Assembly: GCF_004010195.1 (NCBI RefSeq)
Contig: NC_057711.1
Coordinates: 74,049,511-74,093,096, forward strand
DNA: 43,586 nt
Reading direction: 5' to 3'
Origin: Chiloscyllium plagiosum
Taxonomy: Eukaryota
A program made the translations under genes and the position numbers. The notes beneath the pieces were generated by a model that worked only from the letters and a program-made list of their open reading frames with translations, ran no database searches and had not been told where the DNA came from. This document shows, piece after piece, positions 32,101-43,586 of the stretch (the stretch's first letter is position 1; each line of letters starts with the position of its first letter).

Positions 32101-35100
32101 ACACTGTCAACACAGGGCCCTCTGTAGTGTATCAGTCAGTGCCCAGACAGTGTCAACATAGGGTCCTCTGAACAGTATCAGACTGCTCCCGGGCAGTGTC
32201 AGCAGTCAGCACCGGTTCTCTGCACTGTATAACATGCTCCCGGACAGGGTCAGCACAGGGTCCTTTGTATTGTACCAGTCTGTGCCCGAACAGTGTCAGC
32301 ACACAGTCCTTTGTGCTGTACCAGACTGTGCCTGGACAGTGTCAGCACAGGGTCCTCTGTACTGTATCAGACTGCTCCCGGACTGTGTCAGCACAGGGCC
32401 CTCTGTACTGTATCAGTTTGTATCTGGACAGTGTCAACACAGTGTCCTCTGTACTGTATCTGTCTGTGCCTGGACAGTGTCAGCACAGAGTCCTTTGTGC
32501 TGTACTAGACTGCTCCCAGACAGTGTCAGCACATGGTCCTCTGTACTGTATCAGACAGCTCCCGGACAGTGTCAGCACAGGGTCCTCTGTACTATATCAG
32601 TCTGTGCCTGGACAGTGTCAGCATTGCATCCTCTGCACTGTATCAGTCTGTGCCCGGACAGTGTCAGCAGAGGGTCCTCTGTACTGTATCATTTTATGCC
32701 TGGACATTGTCAGCACAGGGTCCTCTGTACTGAATCAGATTGCACACGGACAGCGTCAGCATATGGTCTTCTGTACTGTATCAGACTGTGTCCGGACAGT
32801 GTCAGCACAGTATCCTCTGTACTGTATCAGACTGCTCCCGGACAGTGTTAGGACACGGTCCTCTGTATGGTATCAGTCTGTGTCCGGACAGTGTCAACAC
32901 AGGGTCCTCTGTACAGTATCAGACTGCTCGCGGATAGTGTCAGCACAGGGTCCTCTGTACTGTATCAGTCTGTTCCCGGACAATGTCAGCGCAGGGTCCT
33001 CTGTACTGTATCAGTCTGTGCCCGGACAGTGTCAGCACAGTGTCCTCTGTACTGTATCAGTCTGTGACCGGACAGTGTCAGCACATAGTCCTTTGTACTG
33101 TATCAGTCTGTGCCCGGACAATGTAAGCCCAGGGTCGTCTGGACTTTATCAGACTGCTCCCGGACAGTGTCAGCACAGGGTCCTCCGTACTGTATCAGAC
33201 CGCTCCCGGACAGTGTCAGCACAGGGTCCTCTGTACTATACCAGACTGTTCCCGGACAGTGTCAGCACAGGGCCCTCTGTACTGTATCAGTCTGTGCCAG
33301 GACTGTGTCCGCACACGGTCGTCTGTACTGTATCAGTCTGTGCCCGGATAGTGTCAGCACAGGGTCGTCTGTACTGTACCAGACTGCTCCTGGACAGTGT
33401 CAGCACATGGTGCTATGTACTGTATCTGTGTGTGCCCGGACAGTCTCAGTACAGAGACCTCTGTACTGTATCAGACTGCTCCTGGAAAATGTCTACACAG
33501 TGTCCTCTGTACTGTATCTGTCTGTGCATGGACAGTGTCAGCACAGAGTCCTTTGTGCTGTACTAGACTGCTCCCAGACAGTGTCAGCACAGGGTCCTCT
33601 GTACTGTATCAGTCTGTGCCTGGACAGTGTCAGCATAGAGTACTATGTACTGTACCAGACAGCTCCCGGACAGTGTCAGCATAGAGTACTCTGTCCTGTA
33701 TCAGACATTTCCCGGACAGTGTCAGCACAGGGTCCTCTGTCCTGTATCAGACTACTCCCAGACAGTGTCAGCACAGGGTCCTGTACTGTATCAGACCACT
33801 CCTAGACAGTGTTAGCATAGGGTCTACTGTACTGCATCAGACCGTGTCCGGACAGTGTCAGCACAGTGTCCTCTGTACTGTACCAGACTGATCCCGGATA
33901 TTGTCAGCACAGGGTCTTCTGTACTGTATCAGTCTGTGCCTGGACAGTGTCAGCACAAGGTCCACTGTCCCGTATCAGTCTGTGCCTGGACAGTGTCTGC
34001 ACAGGGTCCTCTGTAGTGTACTAGACTGCTCCTGGACAGTGTCAGCACATGGTGCTATGTACTGTATCTATCTGTGCCCGGACAGTCTCAGTACAGAGAC
34101 CTCTGTACTGTATCAGACTGATCCTGGGAAGTGTCAACACAGTGTCTTCTGTACTGTATCAGTCTGTGCCTGGACAGTGTCAGCACAGAGTCCTTTGTGC
34201 TGTACCAGACTGCTCCCAGACAGTATCAGCATATGGTCCTCTGTACTGTATCAGTCTGTGTCCGAACAGTGTCAGCACAGAGTCCTTTGTGCTGTACCAG
34301 ACGGCTCCCAGACAGTGTCAGCATATGGTCCCCTGTACTGTATCAGTCTGTGCCCGGACAGTGTCAGCACAGGGTCCTCTGTACTGTATCAGTCTGTGCC
34401 TGGACAGTGTCAGCACAGGGTCCTATGTACAGTATCAGACTGCTCCCGGACTGTGTCAGCACAGGGTCCTCTGTACTGTATCAGTCTGTGCCTGGACAGT
34501 GTTAGCACAGGGCCCTACGTACAATATCAGACTGCTCCTGGACTGTGTCAGCACTGGGTCCTCTGTACTGTATCAGTTTGTGTCTGGACAGTGTCAACAC
34601 AGTGTCCTCTGTACTGTATCTGTCTGTGCCTGGACAGTGTCAGCACAGGGTCCTCTGTACTGTATCAGTCTGTCCCTGGACAGTGTCAGCACAGGGTCCT
34701 ATGTACAGTATCAGAATGCTCCCGGACTGTGTCAGCACAGGGTCCTCTGTACTGTATCAGTCTGTGCCTGGACAGTGTTAGCACAGGGCCCTACGAACAG
34801 TATCAGACTGCTCCCGGACTGTGTCAGCACTGGGTCCTCTGTACTGTATCAGTTTGTGTCTGGACAGTGTCAACACAATGTCCTCTGTACTGTAACTGTC
34901 TGTGCCTGGACAGTGTCAGCACAGGGACCTTTGTGCTGTACTAGACCGCTCCCAGACAGTGTCAGCACATGGTCCTCTATACTGTATCAGTCTGTGCTCG
35001 GACAGTGTCAGCACAAGGTCCTCTGTACTGTATCAGTCTGTGCCTGGACAGTGTCAGCATCGCGTCCTCTGCACTGTATCAGTCTGTGCCTGGACAGTGT

Positions 35101-38100
35101 CAGCACAGGGTCCTCTGTACTGTATCATTCTGTGCCTGGACTGTGTCAGCACAGGGTCCTCTGTACTGAATCAGATTGCACACGGACAGCGTCAGCATAT
35201 GGTCTTCTGTACTGTATCAGACTGTGTCCGGACAGTGTCAGCACAGTATCCTATGTACTGTATCAGACTGCTCCCGGACAGTGTTAGGACACGGTCCTCT
35301 GTATGGTATCAGTGTCAACACAGGGTCCTCTGTACTGTATTAGACTGCTCGCGGATAGTGTCAGCACAGGGTCCTCTGTACTGTATCAGTCTGTTCCCAG
35401 ACAATGTCAGCGCAGGGTCCTCTGTACTGTATCTGTCTGTGCCTGGACAGTGTCAGCACAGAGTCCTTTGTGCTGTACCAGACTGCTCCCAGACAGTGTC
35501 AGCATATGGTCCTCTGTACTGTATCAGTCTGTGCCCGGACAGTGTCAGCACAGAGTCCTTTGTATTGTACCAGACTGCTACTGGACAGTGTCAGCACATG
35601 GTCCTCTGTACTGTACCAGTCTGTGCCCAGACAGTGTCAGCACAGGGTCCTCTGTACTGTATCAGTCTGTGCCTGGACAGTGTCAGCACAGGGTCCTATG
35701 TACAGTATCAGACTGCTCCCGGACTGTGTCAGCACAGGGTCCTCTGTATTGTATCAGACTGATCCCGGACAGTGTTAGGACACGGTCCTCTGTATGGTAT
35801 CAGTCTGTGTCCGGACAGTGTCAACACAGGGTCCTCTGTACTGTATCAGACTGTTCCCGGACAATATCAGCGCAGGGTCCTCTGTACTGTATCAGTCTGT
35901 TCCCGGACAGTGTCAGCACAGTGTCCTCTGTACTGTATCAGTCTGTTCCCGGACAATATCAGCGCAGGGTCCTCTGTACTGTATCAGTCTGTTCCCGGAC
36001 AGTGTCAGCACAGTGTCCTCTGTACTGTATCAGTCTGTAACCGGACAGTGTCAGCACATAGTCCTTTGTACTGTATCAGTCTGTGCCTGGACAATGTAAG
36101 CCCAGGGTCGTCTGGACTTTATCAGACTGCTCCCGGACAGTGTCAGCACAGGGTCCTCTGTACTGTACCAGACTGCGCCTGGACAGTGTTAGCACAGGGC
36201 CCTACGTACAGTGACCGTGTCCGGACAGTGTCCTCTGTACTGTACCAGACTGCTCCCGGATATTGTCAGCACAGGGTCTTCTGTACTGTACCAGACTGCT
36301 CCTGGACAGTGTCAGCACATGGTGCTATGTACTGTATCTATGTGTGCCCGGACAGTCTCAGTACAGAGACCTCTGTACTGTATCAGACTGCTCCTGGAAA
36401 ATGTCAACACAGTGTCCTCTGTACTGTATCAGTCTGTGCCTGGACAGTGTCAGCACAGAGTCCTTTGTGCTGTACTAGACTGCTCCCAGACAGTGTCAGC
36501 ACAGGGTCCTCTGTACTGTATCAGTCTGTGCCTGGACAGTGTCAGCATAGAGTACTATGTACTGTACCAGACAGCTCCCGGACAGTGTCAGCATAGAGTT
36601 CTCTGTCCTGTATCAGACTTTTCCCGGACAGTGTCAGCACAGGGTCCTCTGTACTGTATCTGTCTGTGACTGGACCGTGTCAGCACATAGTCCTTTGTAC
36701 TGTATCAGTCTGTGCCCAGACAATGTGAGCACAGGGTCCTCTGTACTGTATCAGACTGCTCCCGGACAGTGTCAGCTCAGGGTCCTGTACTGTATCAGAC
36801 CGCTCCTGAATAGTGTTAGCATAGGGTCTACTGTACTGCATCAGACCGTGTCCGGACAGTGTCCTCTGTACTGTACCAGACTGCTCCCGGATATTGTCAG
36901 CACAGGGTCTTCTGTACTGTATCAGTCTGTGCCTGGACAGTGTCAGCACATGGTCCTGTGTACTGTATCAGTCTGTGCCCGGACAATGTCAGCACAAGGT
37001 CCACTGTCCCGTATCAGTCTGTGCCTGGACAGTGTCTGCACAGGGTCCTCTGTACTGTACTAGACTGCTCCTGGACAGTGTCAGCACATGGTGCTATGTA
37101 CTGTATCTATCTGTGCCCGGACAGTCTCAATACAGAGACCTCTGTACAGTATCAGACTGATCCTGGGAAGTGTCAACACAGTGTCCTCTGTACTGTATCT
37201 GTCTGTGCATGGACAGTGTCAGCACAGGGTCCTCTGTACTGTATCAGTCTGTGCCTGGACAGTGTCAGCACAGGGCCCTACGTACAGTATCAGACTGCTC
37301 CCGGACTGTGTCAGCACTGGGTCCTCTATACTGTATCAGTTTGTGTCTGGACAGTATCAACACAGTGTCCTCTGTACTGTATCTGTCTGTGCCTGGACAA
37401 TGTCAGCACAGAGTCCTTTGTGACTGTACTGGACTGCTCCCAGACAGTGTCAGCACATGGTCCTCTGTACTGTATCAGACTGCTCCCGGACAGTGTCAGC
37501 ACAGGGTCCTCTATACTGTATCAGTCTGTGATCGGACAGTGTCTGCACAGGGTCCTCTGTACTGTATCAGTCTGTGCCTGGACAGTGTCAGCATCACGTC
37601 CTCTGCACTGTATCAGTCTGTGCCGGGACAGTGTCAGCACAGGGTCCTCTGTACTGTATCATTCTGTGCCTGGACAGTGTCAGCACAGGGTCCTCTGTCC
37701 TGAATCAGATTGCACACGGACAGCGTCAGCATATGGTCTTCTGTACTGTATCAGACTGTGTCCGGACAGTGTCAGCACAGTATTCTCTGTACTGTATCAG
37801 ACTGCTCCCGGAGAGTGTTAGGACACGGTCCTCTGTATGGTATCAGTGTCAGCACATGGTGCTATATACTGTATCTATCTGTGCCCGGACAGTCTCAGTA
37901 CAGAGACCACTGTACTGTATAAGACTGCTCCTGGAAAGTGTCAACACAGTGTCCTCTGTACTGTATCTGTCTGTGCCTGGACAGTGTCAGCACAGAGTCC
38001 TTTGTGCTGTACCAGACTGCTCCCAGACAGTATCAGCATATGGTCCTCTGTACTGTATCATTCTGTGCCCGGATAGTGTCAGCACAGGGTCCTCTGTACT

Positions 38101-41100
38101 GTATCAGACTGTGCCTGGACAATGTCAGCACAGAGTCCTATGTACAGTATCAGACTGCTCCCGGACTGTGTCAGCACAGGGTCCTCTGTATTGTATCAGT
38201 CTGTGCCTGGACAGTGTTAGCACAGGGCCCTACGTACAGTATCAGACTGCTCCCGGACTGTGTCAGCACTGGGTCCTCTGTACTGTATCAGTTTGTGTCT
38301 GGACAGTGTCAACACAGTGTTCTCTGTACTGTATCTGTCTGTGCCTGGACAGTGTCAGCACAGAGTCCTTTGTGCTGTACTAGACTGCTCCCAGACAGTG
38401 TCAGCACATGGTCCTCTGTACTGTATCAGACTGCTCCCGGACAGTGTCAGCACAGGGTCCTCTGTACTGTATCAGTCTGTGCTCGGACAGTCTCAGCACA
38501 GGGTCCTCTGTACTGTATCAGTCTGTGCCTGGACAGTGTCAGCATCGCGTCCTCTGCACTGTATCAGTCTGTGCCCGGACAGTGTCAGCACAGGGTCCTC
38601 TGCACTGTATCAGTCTGTGCCCGGACAGTGTCAGCACAGGGTCCTCTGTACTGAATCAGATTGCATACGGACAGCGTCAGCATATGGTCTTCTGCACTGT
38701 ATCAGACTGTGTCCGGACAGTGTCAGCACAGTATCCTCTGTACTGTATCAGACTGCTCCCGGACAGTGTTAGGACATGGTCCTCTGTATGGTATTAATCT
38801 GTGCCCGGACAGTGTCAACACATTGTCCTCTGTACTGTATCAGACTGCTCACGGATAGTGTCAGCACAGGGTCCTCTATACTGTATCAGTCTGTTCCCGG
38901 ACAATGTCAGCACCGGGTCCTCTGTACTGTATCAGTCTGTGACCGGACAGTGTCAGCACAGAGTCCTTTGTACTGTATCAGTCTGTGCCCGGACAATGTA
39001 AGCCCAGGGTCGTCTGGATTGTATCAGACTACTGCCGGACAGTGTCAGCACAGGGTCCTCGTACTGTATCAGACTGCTCCCGGACAGTGTCAGCACAGGG
39101 TCCTCTGTACTGTATCAGTCTGTGCCAGGACAGTGTCAGCACACGGCCCTCTGTACTGTATCAGTCTGTGCCAGGACAGTGTCAGCACAGGGTCCTCTGT
39201 ACTGTATCAGTCTTTGCCAGGATAGTGTCAGCACACGGTCGTCTGTACTGTATCAGTCTGTGCCAGGACAGTGTCAGCACACGGTCCTCTGTACTGTATC
39301 AGTCTTTGCCAGGATAGTGTCTGCACACGGTCGTCTGTACTGTATCAGTCTGTGCCAGGACAGTGTCAGCACACGGTCCTCTGTACTGTATCAGTCTTTG
39401 CCAGGATAGTGTCAGCAGAGGGTCCTCTGTACTGTATCAGTCTGTGCCAGGACAGTGTCAGCACACGGTCCTCTGTACTGTATCAGTCTCTGCCCGGATA
39501 GTGTCAGCACAGAGACCTCTGTACTGTATAAGACTGCTCCTGGAAAATGTCAACACAGTGTCCTCTGTACTGTATCAGTTTTTGTCTGGACAGTGTCATC
39601 TGTACTGTATCTGTCTGTGCCTGGACAGTGTCAGCACAGAGTCCTTTATGCTGTACTAGACTGCTCCCAGACAGTGTCAGCAAGGGTCCTCTGTACTGTA
39701 TCAGTCTGTGCCTGGACAGTGTCAGCATAGAGTCCTCTGTCCTGTACCAGACTGCTCCTGGACAGTGTCAGCTCATGGTGCTATGTACTGTATCAGTCTG
39801 TGCCCGGACAGTCTCAGTACAGAGACCTCTGTACTGTATCAGACTGCTCCTGGAAAGTGTCAACACAGTGTCCTCTGTACTGTATCTGTCTGTGCCTGGA
39901 CAGTGTCAGCACAGAGTCCTTTGTGCTGTACTAGTCTGCTCCCAGACAGTGTCAGCATAGAGTACTCTGTCCTGTATCAGAGTTTTCCCGGACCGTGTCA
40001 GCACAGGGTCCTCTGTACTGTATCGGACTGCTCCCGGACTGTGTCAGCACCGAGTCCTCTGTACTGTATCAGTCTGTGCCCGGATAATGTTAGCACAGGG
40101 TCCTCTGTACTGTATCAGACTGCTCCCGGACGGTGTCAGCACAGGGTTCTCTGTACTGTATCAGTCTGTGCCCGGACAATGTCAGCACAGTGTCCTGTGT
40201 ACTGTATCAGTCTATGCCTGGACAGTGTCAGCACATGGTCCTCTGTACTGTACCAGTCTGTGCCCGGACAGTGTCAGCACAGAGTCCTCTGTACTCTATC
40301 GGTCTGCGTGTGAACAGTGTCCGCACAGGGTCCTTTGTCCTGTATCAGACTGTGCCCAGACAGTGTCAGCACAGGGTCCTCTCTACTGAATCAGTCTGTG
40401 TCTGGACAGTGTCAGGACAGGGTCCTGTATACAGTATCAGACTGCTCCCGGACAGTGTCAGCACAGGATCCTCTGTACTGTATCAGTCTGTGCCTGGACA
40501 GTGCCAGCACAGAGTCCTCTGTACTGTATCAGTCTGTGCCTTGACAGTGTCAGCACAGGGTCCTCTCTACTGTATCAGACTGCTTCCGGACAGTGTCAGC
40601 ACAGGGTCCTCTGTACTGTACCAGACTGCTCCCGGACAGTGTCAGCATAGCGTCCTCTGTGCTGTATCAGTCTGTGCCAGGACAGTGTCAGCACACGGTC
40701 CTCTGTACTGTATCAGTCTGTGCCCGGATAGTTTCAGCACAGAGTCCTCTGTCCTGTACCAGACTGCTCCTGGACAGTGTCAGCTCATGGTGCTATGTAC
40801 TGTATCAGTCTGTGCCCGGACAGTCTCAGTACAGAGACCTCTGTACTGTATCAGACTGCTCCTGGAAAGTGTCAACACAGTGTCCTCTGTACTGTATCTG
40901 TCTGTGCCTGGACAGTGTCAGCACAGAGTCCTTTGTGCTGTACTAGTCTGCTCCCAGACAGTGTCAGCATAGAGTACTCTGTCCTGTATCAGAGTTTTCC
41001 CGGACAGTGTCAGCACAGGGTCCTCTACTGTATCGGACTGCTCCCGGACTGTGTCAGCACCGAGTCCTCTGTACTGTATCAGTCCGTGCCCGGATAATGT

Positions 41101-41172
41101 CAGCAAGGGACCTCTGTACTGTATCAGTCTGTGCCCGGATAATGTCAGCACAGTGTACTGTGTACTGTATCA

Positions 41173-42361
41173 ATTAATTACACCGGCACCACTCCCCACC
41201 TCTTCCTCCGCTACATTGATGACTGCATTGGCGCCACCTCGTGCTCCCGCGAGGAGGTTGAGCAAATCATCAACTTCACCAACACATTCCANNNNNNNNN
41301 NNNNNNNNNNNNNNNNNNNNNNNNNNNNNNNNNNNNNNNNNNNNNNNNNNNNNNNNNNNNNNNNNNNNNNNNNNNNNNNNNNNNNNNNNNNNNNNNNNNN
41401 NNNNNNNNNNNNNNNNNNNNNNNNNNNNNNNNNNNNNNNNNNNNNNNNNNNNNNNNNNNNNNNNNNNNNNNNNNNNNNNNNNNNNNNNNNNNNNNNNNNN
41501 NNNNNNNNNNNNNNNNNNNNNNNNNNNNNNNNNNNNNNNNNNNNNNNNNNNNNNNNNNNNNNNNNNNNNNNNNNNNNNNNNNNNNNNNNNNNNNNNNNNN
41601 NNNNNNNNNNNNNNNNNNNNNNNNNNNNNNNNNNNNNNNNNNNNNNNNNNNNNNNNNNNNNNNNNNNNNNNNNNNNNNNNNNNNNNNNNNNNNNNNNNNN
41701 NNNNNNNNNNNNNNNNNNNNNNNNNNNNNNNNNNNNNNNNNNNNNNNNNNNNNNNNNNNNNNNNNNNNNNNNNNNNNNNNNNNNNNNNNNNNNNNNNNNN
41801 NNNNNNNNNNNNNNNNNNNNNNNNNNNNNNNNNNNNNNNNNNNNNNNNNNNNNNNNNNNNNNNNNNNNNNNNNNNNNNNNNNNNNNNNNNNNNNNNNNNN
41901 NNNNNNNNNNNNNNNNNNNNNNNNNNNNNNNNNNNNNNNNNNNNNNNNNNNNNNNNNNNNNGAAGAACGCCTCATCTTCTGCCTCGGAACACTTCAACCC
42001 CAGGGCATTAATGTGGATTTTAACAGTTTCCTCATTTCCCCTTCCCCCACCTCATCCTAGCTTCTAACCTCCAGAAACTCGGTCCCCTGACCTGTCCGGA
42101 CTTGTCCGACCTGCCCAGCTTCTTTTCCACCTATCCACTCCACCCTCTCCTCCCTGACCGATCACCTTCATCTCCTTGCCCACTGACCTATTGTACTCTA
42201 TGCCACTTTCTCCCCACCCCCCCCCTCCTCTAGCTTATCTCTCCACGCTTCAGGCTCTCTGCCTTTATTCCTGATGAAGGGCTTTTGCCCGAAACGTCGA
42301 TTTTGCCTGTCCTCGGATGCTGCCTGAATTGCTGTGCTCTTCCAGCACCACTGATCCAGAA
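41173..42361 (+). mobile_element. 5'-truncated Penelope-like element inserted in the satellite
   Basis: TGTTPHLFLRYIDDCIG (RT), a gap at 41292-41961, EERLIFCLGTLQPQGINVDF (GIY-YIG C-terminus), then a C-rich pLTR. 14-bp TSD tgtgtactgtatca (41159-41172 / 42362-42375). Confidence 0.92.
42265..42303 (+). ncRNA. Minimal type I hammerhead ribozyme with complete catalytic core
   Basis: CTGATGA (42271-42277), extra A, stem II GGGC-TTTT-GCCC, GAAAC, GTC (predicted cleavage after 42298). Palindromic ACGT helix III as in PLE hammerheads. Helix I is weak. Confidence 0.75.
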
Positions 42362-43586
42362 TGTGTACTGTATCAGTCTATGCCTGGACAGTGTCAGCAC
42401 AGGGTCCTCTGTACTGTATCAGTCATTGCCTGGACAGTGTCAGCACAGGATTCTCTGTACTGTACCAGACTGCTCCTGGACAGTGTCAGCACATGGTCCT
42501 CTGTAGTGTACCAGTCTGTGCCCGGACAGTGTCAGCACAGAGTCCTCTGTACTCTATCGGTCTGTGCTTGGACAGTGTCCGCACAGGGTCCTTTGTCCTG
42601 TATCAGACTGTGCCCAGACAGTGTCAGCACATAGTCCTTTGTACTGTATCAGTCTGTGCCCGGACAATGTAAGCCCAGGGTTGTCTGGACTATATCAGAC
42701 TGCTCCCGGACAGTGTCAGCACAGGGTCCTCGTACTGTATCAGACTGCTCCCAGACAGTGTCAGCACAGGGTCCTCTGTACTGTACCAGACTGCTCCCGG
42801 ACAGTGTCAGCACACGGTCCTCTGTACTGTATCAGTCTGTGCCAGGACAGTGTCAGCACACGGTCCTCTGTACTGTATCAGTCTGTGCCCGGATAGTGTC
42901 AGCACATGGTCCTCTGTCCTGTACCAGACTGCTCCTGGACAGTGTCAGCTCATGGTGCTATGTACTGTATCAGTCTGTGCCCGGACAGTCTCAGGACTGA
43001 GACCTCTGTACTGCATCTGTCTGTGCCTGGACAGTGTCAGCACAGAGTCCTTTGTGCTGTACTAGTCTGCTCCCAGACAGTGTCAGCAAGGGTCCTCTGT
43101 ACTGTATCAGTCTATGTCTGGACAGTGTCAGCATAGAGTCCTCTGTACTGTATCAGAGTTTTCCCGGACAGTGTCAGCACAGGGTCCTCTGTACTGTATC
43201 GGACTGCTCCCGGACTGTGTCAGCACCGAGTCCTCTGTACTGTATCAGTCTGTGCCCGGATAATGTCAGCACAGGGTCCTCTGTACTGCATCAGTCTGTG
43301 CCCGGACAATGTCAGCACAGTGTCCTGTGTACTGTATCAGTCTGTGCCTGGACAGTGTCAGCACATGGTCCTCTGTACTGTATCAGTCTTTGCCCGAACA
43401 GTGTCAGCACAGGGTCCTCTGTACTGTACCAGACTGCTCCTGGACAGTGTCAGCACATGGTCCTCTGTACTGTACCAGTCTGTGCCTGGACAGTGTCAGC
43501 ACAGAGACCTCTGTACTCTATCGGTCTGTGCCTGGACAGTGTCCGCACAGGGTCCTTTGTCCTGTATCAGACTGTGCCCAGACAGT

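Larger units (their letters stand above)
29581..43586. repeat. 46-bp tandem satellite/minisatellite array, more than 12 kb, running off the window end
   Basis: Consensus ggacagtgtcagcacagggtcctctgtactgtatcagtctgtgccc (alternative end actgctccc), with recurrent variant monomers. Interrupted at 41173-42361. Confidence 0.98.

Noticed and set aside
29670..43136. Dozens of long Cys-rich ORFs (keratin-associated or metallothionein-like look)
   Set aside because: They are translations of the 46-bp repeat in all three frames, with scattered stops and no gene structure. Not called as CDS.
32437..43325. CACAGTG (RAG heptamer) in variant monomers
   Set aside because: No nonamer at 12/23 spacing and no antigen-receptor segments.
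29581..43586. CRISPR-like regular repeat
   Set aside because: Monomers are contiguous with no unique spacers, there are no cas genes, and the context is eukaryotic.

Overview
Vertebrate genomic DNA, most likely a shark or other elasmobranch (inferred from HE1-type SINEs, CR1/HER1-type LINEs and the Penelope families). Bases 346-21232 (+) hold the last ten coding exons of an annexin A1-like gene. Exon sizes are 95/114/91/80/57/94/96/59/123/60 bp, all introns are GT-AG, the frame is continuous, and the N-terminal exons are not identified in the window. Introns and downstream DNA are full of TEs: a 5'-truncated Tx1-like LINE with a 15-bp TSD, CR1 relics, HE1-like SINEs, a Tigger-like MITE and a putative solo LTR sitting in a splice donor. 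There are also nine Penelope-like (PLE) insertions. Five are ORF-less ~180-205 bp palindromes built from two inverted hammerhead-ribozyme-bearing pLTR ends with 14-15 bp TSDs. One PLE at 42271-42298 keeps a complete hammerhead core. From ~29.6 kb to the end lies a 46-bp satellite with higher-order structure. It is stop-free on the + strand, which explains the many Cys-rich ORFs. It is interrupted by a PLE, and an inverted piece of it lies inside a neighbouring SINE. All calls come from reading the sequence by eye; no searches were run.
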